From Candidatus Saccharimonadota bacterium (GTDB taxonomy: Bacteria > Patescibacteriota > Saccharimonadia > Saccharimonadales > Saccharimonadaceae), in contig JBDSDX010000001.1 of the NCBI GenBank assembly GCA_039920285.1, forward strand, positions 120,001-152,000: a stretch of 32,000 nt of DNA, read 5' to 3'. Made by a program: the position numbers and the translations under genes. Each line of letters begins with the position of its first letter. Within the stretch, counting starts at the first letter, position 1. Shown here in pieces: positions 1 through 6,752 of the stretch. The notes beneath the pieces were generated by a model. That model was given only the letters and a program-made list of their open reading frames with translations, did not search any database and was not told the origin of the DNA.

Positions 1-1
1 A

Positions 2-502
2 ATCGTCGTTGGTGGCGCTGGAGCGGGTACTACTATCAAGGCTGCGAATAATGCGCTTGATCAGTACAACAAAGATAACCAAACATTGATCGACGCAAAG
101 AAAGACTTCGCAAAGGGTTCAACAGCAACTCTTGGGCAATTCGAAGTGAAGATCAACTCTGTCCAACGTAACTATGTTCCTGAGAACAAATATCAGGCAG
201 CATCAGACGGTAAAGAGCTGATTGTCCTCAACATCACTGCTAAAAACGTCGGTTCCGAGAGCAAGTACTTGAGCTCATACGACTTGAAGATCAACGACGC
301 TGGTGTTGCGAACTCATCTTCATACCTAGACGTCACACCAAGCCTTACTTCAGGAGATATCTCTGCTGGTGCTTCAACCACCGGTAACGTCGTCTTCGAA
401 GTAGCGAAAGACGCGACTGGTTTAAAACTCCAATACGAACTTGTTGTCTATGACCTCAAGGGTGGAGAAGCGAAGACTTTGACTTACAGCCTTGCTGTTT
501 AG
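2..502 (+). CDS. DUF4352-like extracellular beta-sandwich domain protein (5' end outside window)
   Basis: Frame 2 is open from the window edge (IVVGGAGAGTTIKAANNALDQYNKDNQT...) and runs into the listed 86..502 ORF. The pattern GKELIVLNITAKNVG...SAGASTTGNVVFEV...LKLQYE resembles DUF4352 proteins. A strong terminator follows. Confidence 0.55.
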   Translation: MVVGGAGAGTTIKAANNALDQYNKDNQTLIDAKKDFAKGSTATLGQFEVKINSVQRNYVPENKYQAASDGKELIVLNITAKNVGSESKYLSSYDLKINDAGVANSSSYLDVTPSLTSGDISAGASTTGNVVFEVAKDATGLKLQYELVVYDLKGGEAKTLTYSLAV

Positions 503-516
503 TCTCCGTACATAAT

Positions 517-547
517 AAATAAAAGCCCCATAACGGGGCTTTTATTT
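517..547. terminator. Bidirectional rho-independent terminator between convergent genes
   Basis: 13-bp perfect stem aaataaaagcccc / ggggcttttattt with loop ataac. A/T runs flank it on both sides, and it lies between the stops at 502 (+) and 551 (-). Confidence 0.8.
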
Positions 548-550
548 ATT

Positions 551-1078
551 CTAGCGATTCAAATATTGCAGAAGTAATACCAGCGCTTCACGAAGGACAT
601 ACTTCGCAGGGTGCCCTTCATCGATACGCCTCATTACTTCACCAGGTGTCAGCCATTCACCACCGACGAAATCTTCAGAGTTTAAGCGAGGGGTATCATC
701 TTGGCGTAAAAGAAACGTCCTCATCTTGTAGCGAATTGCCTCAGAAGTCACATTCATAACTACTTCGAGTTCAATCTGGGAGAGATCCATACCTAACTCT
801 TCACGCGCTTCGCGAATAATACCCGCGAGGTAATCTTCACCTGTGACAACATGTCCCGCTGCAGCGAAATCATACCCATTTGGGGCAATTGTTTTATCTG
901 CCGTACGGATTGGAGTGAAAAGTTCACCCTTGCTGTTCAATATAAATAGCTGTGAAGCGCGGATATAGCCTTTTTTATTAACCATAAGGTCAGAATAGTT
1001 CTTTCGGTTGATCGTTCCGATCACTTCGTCATTTTCGTCCACTAAATCAACAACTTCATCATCCATAGGCTTCATCAT
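551..1078 (-). CDS. Nudix hydrolase
   Basis: 175-aa ORF with a Nudix box: GHVVTGEDYLAGIIREAREELGMD fits Gx5Ex7REUxEExGU. Confidence 0.8.
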   Translation of the reverse strand: MMKPMDDEVVDLVDENDEVIGTINRKNYSDLMVNKKGYIRASQLFILNSKGELFTPIRTADKTIAPNGYDFAAAGHVVTGEDYLAGIIREAREELGMDLSQIELEVVMNVTSEAIRYKMRTFLLRQDDTPRLNSEDFVGGEWLTPGEVMRRIDEGHPAKYVLREALVLLLQYLNR

Positions 1079-1093
1079 AGCAGATTTAAAGGG

Positions 1094-1513
1094 TTATTTC
1101 ACGAATCCAACGAAACGAAATAGGTCATGAAGCCCAAAAATAAGCGTGTCCATTGCATCGGCTTCATCGATCGTCATCCACTTGTATTCGGAGTGCGCGC
1201 TTTCCTCTAGGACAACGTCGTGAGGTTCTGTAATAACAACTCGATACGTGACATAAGTAAAAGGATTACCTTCGCTTGAGGTAAACTCATACTCGCCGAG
1301 TAGCTCAAATGCTTCATCGCTCGCCTGATACCCGGTCTCCTCGAATAATTCTCGACTTATTGCAGCGAGGTCGGTCTCGTCAGATTCGACTTTGCCACCA
1401 GGCAACCCCCAAGTACCCCCTTCAGGTTTGTGAAGGCGGCGATGCACGAGGACAAATGTGCCATCATGCTCAAGGAAACAACCAGCGACTCTCATCAGCT
1501 CATAATAAAACAA
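1094..1513 (-). CDS. Nudix hydrolase (second, tandem paralog)
   Basis: Nudix box GGKVESDETDLAAISRELFEETGY. The listed start at 1513 is a TTG inside the T-tract of the tRNA-Arg terminator; an in-frame ATG at 1495 (MRVAGCFLEHDG...) is an alternative start. Confidence 0.75.
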   Translation of the reverse strand: MFYYELMRVAGCFLEHDGTFVLVHRRLHKPEGGTWGLPGGKVESDETDLAAISRELFEETGYQASDEAFELLGEYEFTSSEGNPFTYVTYRVVITEPHDVVLEESAHSEYKWMTIDEADAMDTLIFGLHDLFRFVGFVK

Positions 1514-1537
1514 AAACTACCTCTATAGAAGAGGTAG
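1507..1537 (-). terminator. Rho-independent terminator downstream of tRNA-Arg
   Basis: Stem ctacctct (1517-1524) / agaggtag (1530-1537), loop ataga. On the minus strand it is followed by tttttgtttt. Confidence 0.7.
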
Positions 1538-1547
1538 TTAATAAATT

Positions 1548-1624
1548 TGGTACACCCGGCGCGATTCGAACGCACGACCTTCGGCTCCGCAAGCCGACGC
1601 TCTATCCAGCTGAGCTACGGGTGC
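1548..1624 (-). tRNA. tRNA-Arg (anticodon GCG), CCA encoded
   Basis: Reverse complement folds by hand as a 77-nt cloverleaf: GCACCCG TA GCTC AGCTGGATA GAGC G TCGGC TTGCGGA GCCGA AGGTC GTGCG TTCGAAT CGCGC CGGGTGC ACCA. The anticodon loop is TT-GCG-GA. Confidence 0.9.
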
Positions 1625-1748
1625 ATATATACAACCCGTTGTCTTAAGAACAACGGGCTATATTATTGTAACTAGAAGGTGCTTTCTACTCACTAGAAAG
1701 CGAGCGAACAAAGGCCATTGTACCATAGCGAGAAGGGAAAAACTACTC

Positions 1749-2375
1749 CTAGAGGCGGAGTTTACGGATGACAACATCGATAATGTCGAGTTTCAAATCT
1801 TCCATAGGAAGTCGCTGTCCGAGCATATCAACGATCTCTTCGCCCGCTTCGACAGGGAAGTACACTGAGACTCCCGGTGAGAAGCGTTTTCGAGGAATCA
1901 GCATAATTGAATTGTGTTCGCCGTCTCGGATAAGCCCAAAAGCCTTAAACTCATCGTAGTGATAGAGTTTTTCGCCGACGTATAGGCCTTGATTGCCACT
2001 GAGACCATAAGTAAGTGTCCGGGGTGGACGACGAGTGTAGATGATAAGAGCGACTGCCATGACTATAACTAACCCCGAGAATGTCCATGAGCGTAAGAGG
2101 AAGACATCAACTGCTATTAAGCCAAGGACAACTATCGCAAAAATAATAAACCATAGAGGACTCTTATCGATGTGAACGTACTCTTGAGCCGTCCATGTGA
2201 CTGGTGCTTGTACAGGAAGACCCGTTTCAGTTGAAGGAGTTTCCTCAGGAGATTCTTCAAAGGTTTCTTCTTCAGGCACAGCTTCTCCAGGAGCCTCTTC
2301 CGAAGTCACTTCTTCATCCGTTGGTTCGGTTGTTTGTGGATCTTCCCAATAGTTCTGATCTTCTTCAGGTTTCAT
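1749..2375 (-). CDS. Hypothetical membrane protein (acidic/Pro-rich N-terminus, two TM helices, compact C-terminal domain)
   Basis: 208-aa ORF. The N-terminal ~60 aa are E/P/T-rich, followed by two hydrophobic helices (LWFIIFAIVVLGLIAVDVFLL, FSGLVIVMAVALIIY). The C-terminal ~100 aa could be a bacterial PH-like domain, which is a guess. Confidence 0.5.
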   Translation of the reverse strand: MKPEEDQNYWEDPQTTEPTDEEVTSEEAPGEAVPEEETFEESPEETPSTETGLPVQAPVTWTAQEYVHIDKSPLWFIIFAIVVLGLIAVDVFLLRSWTFSGLVIVMAVALIIYTRRPPRTLTYGLSGNQGLYVGEKLYHYDEFKAFGLIRDGEHNSIMLIPRKRFSPGVSVYFPVEAGEEIVDMLGQRLPMEDLKLDIIDVVIRKLRL

Positions 2376-2451
2376 ATCTTACCCCAGTATAGCATGAGCA
2401 TCACCGAGGCTTAGCCAAAGAAAAAAGCCCTTATTCAGGACTTATTTCTTA

Positions 2452-2544
2452 TGGCGGAGGAGGAGAGATTCGAACTCTCGCTCCAGGTCTCCCCAGACTA
2501 ACGATTTAGCAAACCGTCCCCTTCAGCCGCTTGGGTACTCCTCC
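2452..2544 (-). tRNA. tRNA-Ser (anticodon GCU), long variable arm, CCA encoded
   Basis: 93-nt reverse complement: GGAGGAG TA ... ACGGT TTGCTAA ATCGT, a long variable arm, then GAGAG TTCGAAT CTCTC CTCCTCC G CCA. The anticodon loop is TT-GCT-AA. Confidence 0.9.
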
Positions 2545-2629
2545 ACACTGGAGGTTCACTTTTGAGGTGAACGACTTGACCGATTGTAGCATAAAACAGG
2601 GGTTGCGACTAGTATTTGAGGTCGTTATT

Positions 2630-2638
2630 TGCTATAAT
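2630..2638 (+). promoter_or_regulatory. Extended -10 promoter (TGcTATAAT) for pilin-like gene P1
   Basis: tgctataat lies 32 nt upstream of the ATG at 2671. GAGGA (2661-2665) serves as a Shine-Dalgarno sequence 5 nt before the ATG. Confidence 0.55.
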
Positions 2639-2670
2639 GTAAGTATAGTTATCTAATATTGAGGAACGAC

Positions 2671-3078
2671 ATGCGCAAGGTAATAAAAACAATTCAACCA
2701 ATTCTGTGGGCGATTGTTTTTGTGGCCGTTTCGGCACTTGGTATTAGTAGTAGCGTCTCTGCATACAGCATTCAAGAAGGAGTAAACGCCGCACGCGGTA
2801 CCAATCAACCGAGCGAACTCTTCGGTGCTGGTGGTGTTATCACTACTGTGACAAACACACTTTTGTTCATCGTTGGTGCCCTCAGCGTCATCATGATTAT
2901 TTTCGGCGGCCTCCGCTATGTTGTCTCTGGTGGTAACTCAACAGCCGTATCAGCCGCAAAAAACACTATCCTCTACGCGATTGTAGGGCTCGTTATCGCT
3001 TTCTTAGCTTTTGCCGCGGTGAACTTTATCCTTGGTAATCTTGAGCCCGGTACTGGCGCTGGATATACCAACATCTAA
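2671..3078 (+). CDS. T4SS pilin-like small membrane protein (VirB2/TrbC-type), paralog P1
   Basis: I prefer the ATG at 2671 preceded by GAGGA; the ORF track started at the TTG at 2659. It has a signal peptide ending SVSA|YS. Two C-terminal TM helices flank a short polar loop (LLFIVGALSVIMIIFGGLRYVVSGGNSTAVSAAKNTILYAIVGLVIAFLAFAAVNFILG). This architecture is shared with the five ORFs at 4610-6688. Confidence 0.7.
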   Translation: MRKVIKTIQPILWAIVFVAVSALGISSSVSAYSIQEGVNAARGTNQPSELFGAGGVITTVTNTLLFIVGALSVIMIIFGGLRYVVSGGNSTAVSAAKNTILYAIVGLVIAFLAFAAVNFILGNLEPGTGAGYTNI

Positions 3079-3099
3079 CATACCCTTGTCATAAAAAGA

Positions 3100-3124
3100 G
3101 GCGACCGTGAAGGTCGTCACTTTT
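3100..3124 (+). terminator. Rho-independent terminator after P1
   Basis: Stem ggcgacc / ggtcgtc (one G-U pair), loop gtgaa, followed by ac-tttt. Confidence 0.6.
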
Positions 3125-3127
3125 ATA

Positions 3128-3215
3128 TGGCGGAGGGGGAGAGATTCGAACTCTCGGTGAGTTGCCCCACTCCGGTTTTCAAGACCGGTGCACTAAACCA
3201 CTATGCGACCCCTCC
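3128..3215 (-). tRNA. tRNA-Ser (anticodon UGA), CCA encoded
   Basis: 88-nt reverse complement: GGAGGGG ... CCGGT CTTGAAA ACCGG, a long variable arm, then GAGAG TTCGAAT CTCTC CCCCTCC G CCA. The anticodon loop is CT-TGA-AA. Confidence 0.9.
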
Positions 3216-3256
3216 ATCGGGTCTACAACTTGGCTATTTTAACAGATGAGGGACAA

Positions 3257-3919
3257 TCAGTCGAGAGGTTGTCGAGCCAACGCTCCAATCCAAATCTGGC
3301 GCGCCCCAGCGTTATAGAGTAACCGACTCGCATGATCGATCGTTGATCCAGTCGTAATCACATCATCAATAATCAGATAGGGGAGGGTCGGATCAAGCCG
3401 TGAGGTTATGCGAAAAGCTGATTGTGCCTGCACGAGTCGTTTCGAACGACTCGCAAAGTGCTGTGTAGCCGTATTCCCTCGTTCTAAAACCCTTTGGATA
3501 GGAAAACCACTTATCAATGACAGTGATCGAGTAATTAACCCGATGTGATCATATCCTCGCTCCCGAATATGCGCTGGCGTCGTCGGAATTGGGACTAATA
3601 CCGTGTTCTTAGGAAGCGTGGGTAATCGGGCATAGAGAAGCTGGGCCAAATCTACCCCTGTTGCACGTTTATTTTGAAATTTAAAATCGTCAATCAACAC
3701 ACGTAACGGTCCGTGACGTATACCCACAATCCAGGCTTGTTCGTAGCGCATTTTATGGTCTAAACAGACGTTTTTTTCAGTAGCTCGTTGACAGAGAATA
3801 CATTCAGAAAACACCGTTTCTATGATGTCGTTTTTACAATCATTGCATACAGTCGTACCCATTTTAAGGCACCCAGAACAGAGGTGTGGAGCTATATACT
3901 CAAGCAGTTTATCAATCAT
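3257..3919 (-). CDS. comFC: ComF family protein (ComFC-type phosphoribosyltransferase-fold competence protein)
   Basis: N-terminal Cys clusters (CSGC...CNDCKND...CILC) and the C-terminal PRTase motif LIIDDVITTGST match typical ComFC architecture. Confidence 0.8.
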   Translation of the reverse strand: MIDKLLEYIAPHLCSGCLKMGTTVCNDCKNDIIETVFSECILCQRATEKNVCLDHKMRYEQAWIVGIRHGPLRVLIDDFKFQNKRATGVDLAQLLYARLPTLPKNTVLVPIPTTPAHIRERGYDHIGLITRSLSLISGFPIQRVLERGNTATQHFASRSKRLVQAQSAFRITSRLDPTLPYLIIDDVITTGSTIDHASRLLYNAGARQIWIGALARQPLD

Positions 3920-3950
3920 TGTGTTTTTTACGTTTCGGACCCCTATGTGG

Positions 3951-3979
3951 TTGATTATCGTTGAAGCGACCGTTATAAT
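3951..3979 (+). promoter_or_regulatory. Sigma70-type promoter for hsp20 (TTGATT-17-TATAAT)
   Basis: ttgatt at 3951-3956, a 17-nt spacer, and tataat at 3974-3979. GGAGG lies just upstream of the ATG at 4026. Confidence 0.65.
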
Positions 3980-4025
3980 ACGAGGGACTATTTGTCAAAT
4001 GAGCCTAGAGAAAGTGGAGGATATC

Positions 4026-4490
4026 ATGGCCCGCAAACAAAACGAAGATTTACTAATTGAAGATGAATTGGCTGCAGCTTTTTTGAGCGACGACGACCTT
4101 TCATCAACTGACGCACCCGCGCCAGTAACGACTGACGACAGTTGGGATGACAGCGAAGAAGAATTTCCTGGTCAACTCGCCGTTGACGTTTATGAAACCG
4201 ACGAAAAGCTCGTCGTTAAAGCTCGCACCGCAGGTGTGAACAAAGAAGAGCTCGACGTCAGCATCAGTGATGGCATCCTGACTATCAGCGGAACGCTGAG
4301 TAGCGGTGATGACACTGACGCAACCAACTGGCACATCCAAGAATGTTACTGGGGAGAGTTCAGCCGAACACTCGCACTTCCAGTCAGCGTTAGGGAAGAC
4401 GAAGTTGAAGCAGTCTTGAAAGATGGTGTCCTAACAGTCACTTTCACCAAGATCAAACAAGAACAAGCAAAGAAGATCCAAGTCCAATAA
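4026..4490 (+). CDS. Hsp20/alpha-crystallin family small heat-shock protein
   Basis: Alpha-crystallin domain pattern: QLAVDVYETDEKLVVKARTAGVNKEELDVSISDGILTISG...FSRTLALPVSVREDEVEAVLKDGVLTVTFTK. I chose the start at 4026 (MARKQNE...) because GTGGAGG precedes it. The listed 3822 start would overlap comFC and the promoter. Confidence 0.85.
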   Translation: MARKQNEDLLIEDELAAAFLSDDDLSSTDAPAPVTTDDSWDDSEEEFPGQLAVDVYETDEKLVVKARTAGVNKEELDVSISDGILTISGTLSSGDDTDATNWHIQECYWGEFSRTLALPVSVREDEVEAVLKDGVLTVTFTKIKQEQAKKIQVQ

Positions 4491-4509
4491 GACTTCCTTC
4501 TTAGTACAA

Positions 4510-4539
4510 AGAACCTCTCCTCACCGAGAGGTTCTTTTA
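4510..4539 (+). terminator. Rho-independent terminator after hsp20
   Basis: Stem agaacctctc / gagaggttct, loop ctcacc, followed by a T-run. Confidence 0.8.
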
Positions 4540-4552
4540 TTAGTGTACGCAT

Positions 4553-4590
4553 CAAAAATAAAATATCCCGGAACTAACCGGGATATTTTT
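4553..4590 (-). terminator. Rho-independent terminator after pilin-like gene P2
   Basis: Stem aaatatcccgg / ccgggatattt, loop aactaa, with T-runs on both strands. Confidence 0.75.
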
Positions 4591-4609
4591 ATACAAGAAA
4601 TTTCGTTTA

Positions 4610-5020
4610 CTATGCGCCTGGGGTGATAGCGCCGAGTACCCAGTTGACGATTGCGAAGGCCAAGAAGGCAACAACGAGACCAATCAATGCGTACATAATA
4701 GTGCTTTTCGCCGCAGTCACTGCTGTGCTGTCGCCAGCTGAGATAGTGTAGCGGATACCACCAACGATCAGCATAATAACGCTGATTGCACCGATAACGA
4801 ACAACAGTACGTTCACAACAGTGGTGAAGATTGAAGTCTCACCGAAGAGTGTGGTTGGTGTGTTGTTACCCTGGGCACAGTTCACACCGCTTCCAGCTGA
4901 TAAATCACTTGTGTTACACGCCGCACCTACTGCAGGGGCAAGAGGGCTCACCACAGCAACGAGTGCTAGGGCTGATCCGACGATCAGGGTCTTGATCGCG
5001 TTCTTTGTTACTATTTTCAT
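4610..5020 (-). CDS. T4SS pilin-like small membrane protein, paralog P2
   Basis: Signal peptide ending AVGA|AC, a Cys pair in the mature N-terminus, and a C-terminal core (LLFVIGAISVIMLIVGGIRYTISAGDSTAVTAAKSTIMYALIGLVVAFLAFAIVNWVLG) closely matching P1. Confidence 0.7.
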   Translation of the reverse strand: MKIVTKNAIKTLIVGSALALVAVVSPLAPAVGAACNTSDLSAGSGVNCAQGNNTPTTLFGETSIFTTVVNVLLFVIGAISVIMLIVGGIRYTISAGDSTAVTAAKSTIMYALIGLVVAFLAFAIVNWVLGAITPGA

Positions 5021-5056
5021 TTGGGTTAGTTTCCTTTCTTGTAGAATCTATCGTTA

Positions 5057-5085
5057 TTTATAGCAGATTAACGGTCATTTGTTAA
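5057..5085 (-). promoter_or_regulatory. Promoter for P2 (TTAACA-17-TGcTATAAA, minus strand)
   Basis: Minus strand reads ttaaca-aatgaccgttaatctgc-tataaa, with TG at the extended -10 position. AAGGAAA lies before the ATG at 5020. Confidence 0.55.
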
Positions 5086-5096
5086 GAGCTGATCCC

Positions 5097-5477
5097 TTAA
5101 ACAAACTGCGTGATGACCCAGTTGACGATTGCAAACGCCAGGAAGGCGATGACAAGCCCCGCAACAGCGTACGTCAGTGTATCTTTAGCTCGTTTAATAC
5201 GGCTCGAATCACCAGTCGACGTTGTATACATAATACCGGCAACGATAATCATAATGACCGACAGAGCACCGACAACAAAGAGAAGAACATTCACCACTTG
5301 TGTAATAGTGGTTGAGATATTATCATTTTTGTCTTTACAGACAGCTGATCCGGAGTTGTTTGCACACGCACCTTGTAGTGGGTCAACATTAATCGCGCTT
5401 GTCGCTGGAACAAGTGCCAGACTAAGCCCAAGGACGACCATGACGCCCATAATAAGTTGTTTTATACGTTGTTTCAT
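5097..5477 (-). CDS. T4SS pilin-like small membrane protein, paralog P3
   Basis: Signal peptide ending ATSA|IN, the Cys pair GACANNSGSAVC, and the core LLFVVGALSVIMIIVAGIMYTTSTGDSSRIKRAKDTLTYAVAGLVIAFLAFAIVNWV. Its start directly abuts the P4 stop. Confidence 0.7.
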   Translation of the reverse strand: MKQRIKQLIMGVMVVLGLSLALVPATSAINVDPLQGACANNSGSAVCKDKNDNISTTITQVVNVLLFVVGALSVIMIIVAGIMYTTSTGDSSRIKRAKDTLTYAVAGLVIAFLAFAIVNWVITQFV

Positions 5478-5780
5478 TTAAAATCTCCCAATCACGAAGT
5501 TAGTAATAGCAAATGCTGACAGAATAATAACTAAGCCTGCGATAGCGTAGAGTATTAGGCCCTTAGCTTTAGTGAGCTTGCCCGCATCACCTGCAGAAGT
5601 AGCGTACGAAATACCAGCAACGATAATGACAATCACCGCAATGGTACCGCCGACAAAATAGGCGAGATTAAGTCCATTTTGAAGGAGTTCGTCACCCGTG
5701 GTAGTAGGGAGGTTCTGAACATCTCCCGGTCCCGTACCCTGGGTAAGTTTTTGTGCAAATTGTACCAAAAAATAATACAT
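5478..5780 (-). CDS. T4SS pilin-like small membrane protein, paralog P4 (no obvious signal peptide)
   Basis: Core YFVGGTIAVIVIIVAGISYATSAGDAGKLTKAKGLILYAIAGLVIILSAFAITNFVIG is homologous to P1-P3. The N-terminus MYYFLVQFAQKLTQGTGPGD lacks a classical h-region and AxA site. Confidence 0.6.
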   Translation of the reverse strand: MYYFLVQFAQKLTQGTGPGDVQNLPTTTGDELLQNGLNLAYFVGGTIAVIVIIVAGISYATSAGDAGKLTKAKGLILYAIAGLVIILSAFAITNFVIGRF

Positions 5781-5784
5781 ATAG

Positions 5785-6261
5785 TTATCCGTTAATCAGC
5801 TTAAATATTAAGTTAGTCACACCAATTGCCGACATTGAAATTGCCAAGCCAATCACCGCATGAAGAATGGTGAGTCGAGCTTTTTCGATCTGCGCAGGAA
5901 CACTTCCGCCTGTGAGGTATTGGAAACCTCCAAACAATACGAAGAAGAGGGCAACATATCCCACCAAGAAGAGGGCGATCTCGATAACATTCAATACAAT
6001 ACGCCAAATGAAGGTGCTGAGACGCGCGCCCGAATCGGCACCGAGTCTTGGATCACTCGGTGACCATATCTCACAGCTAGCGCCTGCGCCATCTGTCAAA
6101 CCTCGATACCATACTGGCATACCAAGGATACGATTCTCACACCCAGGGGCGGCGGCAAACGTTGTCTGCGGAACAGCGACTGTCATCACTGGAGCAGCGA
6201 TGAAAACAGCAAATGCGAGAGTAATAAATAATTTTTTAAGTAATTTCGTTTTTATAATCAT
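5785..6261 (-). CDS. T4SS pilin-like small membrane protein, paralog P5 (divergent)
   Basis: I prefer the ATG at 6261 (MIIKTKLLKK...), 1 nt after the P6 stop; the track's 6273 start is a TTG. It has a signal peptide ending TFAAA|PGC and a Cys pair. The two-TM core is LFLVGYVALFFVLFGGFQYLTGGSVPAQIEKARLTILHAVIGLAISMSAIGVTNLIF. Confidence 0.6.
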   Translation of the reverse strand: MIIKTKLLKKLFITLAFAVFIAAPVMTVAVPQTTFAAAPGCENRILGMPVWYRGLTDGAGASCEIWSPSDPRLGADSGARLSTFIWRIVLNVIEIALFLVGYVALFFVLFGGFQYLTGGSVPAQIEKARLTILHAVIGLAISMSAIGVTNLIFKLING

Positions 6262-6262
6262 A

Positions 6263-6688
6263 TTAATTAGCAAATAGTCCGCCTGGTATTAAGAAGTTAA
6301 GCAACGAATACATCAACGCGTACGCAATAACACCAATTACTATATTAGTAATGATCTGCATAGCCTTCTTAACCTGTTCCGGACTGCCTCCTGCCGACGT
6401 ATACATAATAGACGCATAGACGATACCCGCAACCGTCACAATACCAACGCCAGCGGTTAGGATGTTGATAATAAGGAGTAAGATGCCCCAAGCACCAGTT
6501 CCCTCAACACCGCCCGTACCATCTTGAGTACAGCTAATGACCCCTGTTTCAACACCCCCACAACAGTTCGTCTGGGCTGAAGGAACACAGGTCGCGCCAA
6601 CACTCGCAGGGATAGCGATAAATGACGCCAATCCGATAATTAAAGTAGCGCCAACGATGAACTGTTTTACTTTTTGTTTTATGTTCAT
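6263..6688 (-). CDS. T4SS pilin-like small membrane protein, paralog P6 (divergent, 4 Cys)
   Basis: Signal peptide ending SVGA|TC, four Cys residues (TCVPSAQTNCCGGVETGVISC), and the core ILTAGVGIVTVAGIVYASIMYTSAGGSPEQVKKAMQIITNIVIGVIAYALMYSLLNFL. Confidence 0.6.
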   Translation of the reverse strand: MNIKQKVKQFIVGATLIIGLASFIAIPASVGATCVPSAQTNCCGGVETGVISCTQDGTGGVEGTGAWGILLLIINILTAGVGIVTVAGIVYASIMYTSAGGSPEQVKKAMQIITNIVIGVIAYALMYSLLNFLIPGGLFAN

Positions 6689-6752
6689 AACTATCTATAA
6701 GATACAACGAAGTCGACCAAGAGGCAAGTAGTATCTCACAAGCGTAAGGGTA

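Noticed and set aside
1309-1647. 112-aa plus-strand ORF
   Set aside because: It runs antisense through the Nudix gene and straight across the tRNA-Arg gene and its terminator. It is spurious.
3822-4025. Long N-terminal extension of the hsp20 ORF (listed start 3822)
   Set aside because: The extension overlaps the comFC coding start and the TTGATT-17-TATAAT promoter. It is hydrophobic junk with no homology signal. The GGAGG-ATG at 4026 gives a normal-sized 154-aa Hsp20.
5110-6277. Plus-strand ORFs (5110-5481, 5867-6277, 5860-6063) opposite the pilin array
   Set aside because: These are mirror-frame artefacts of hydrophobic coding sequence. The minus-strand paralogs have signal peptides, conserved cores and tight operon spacing, and the plus-strand products have none of these.
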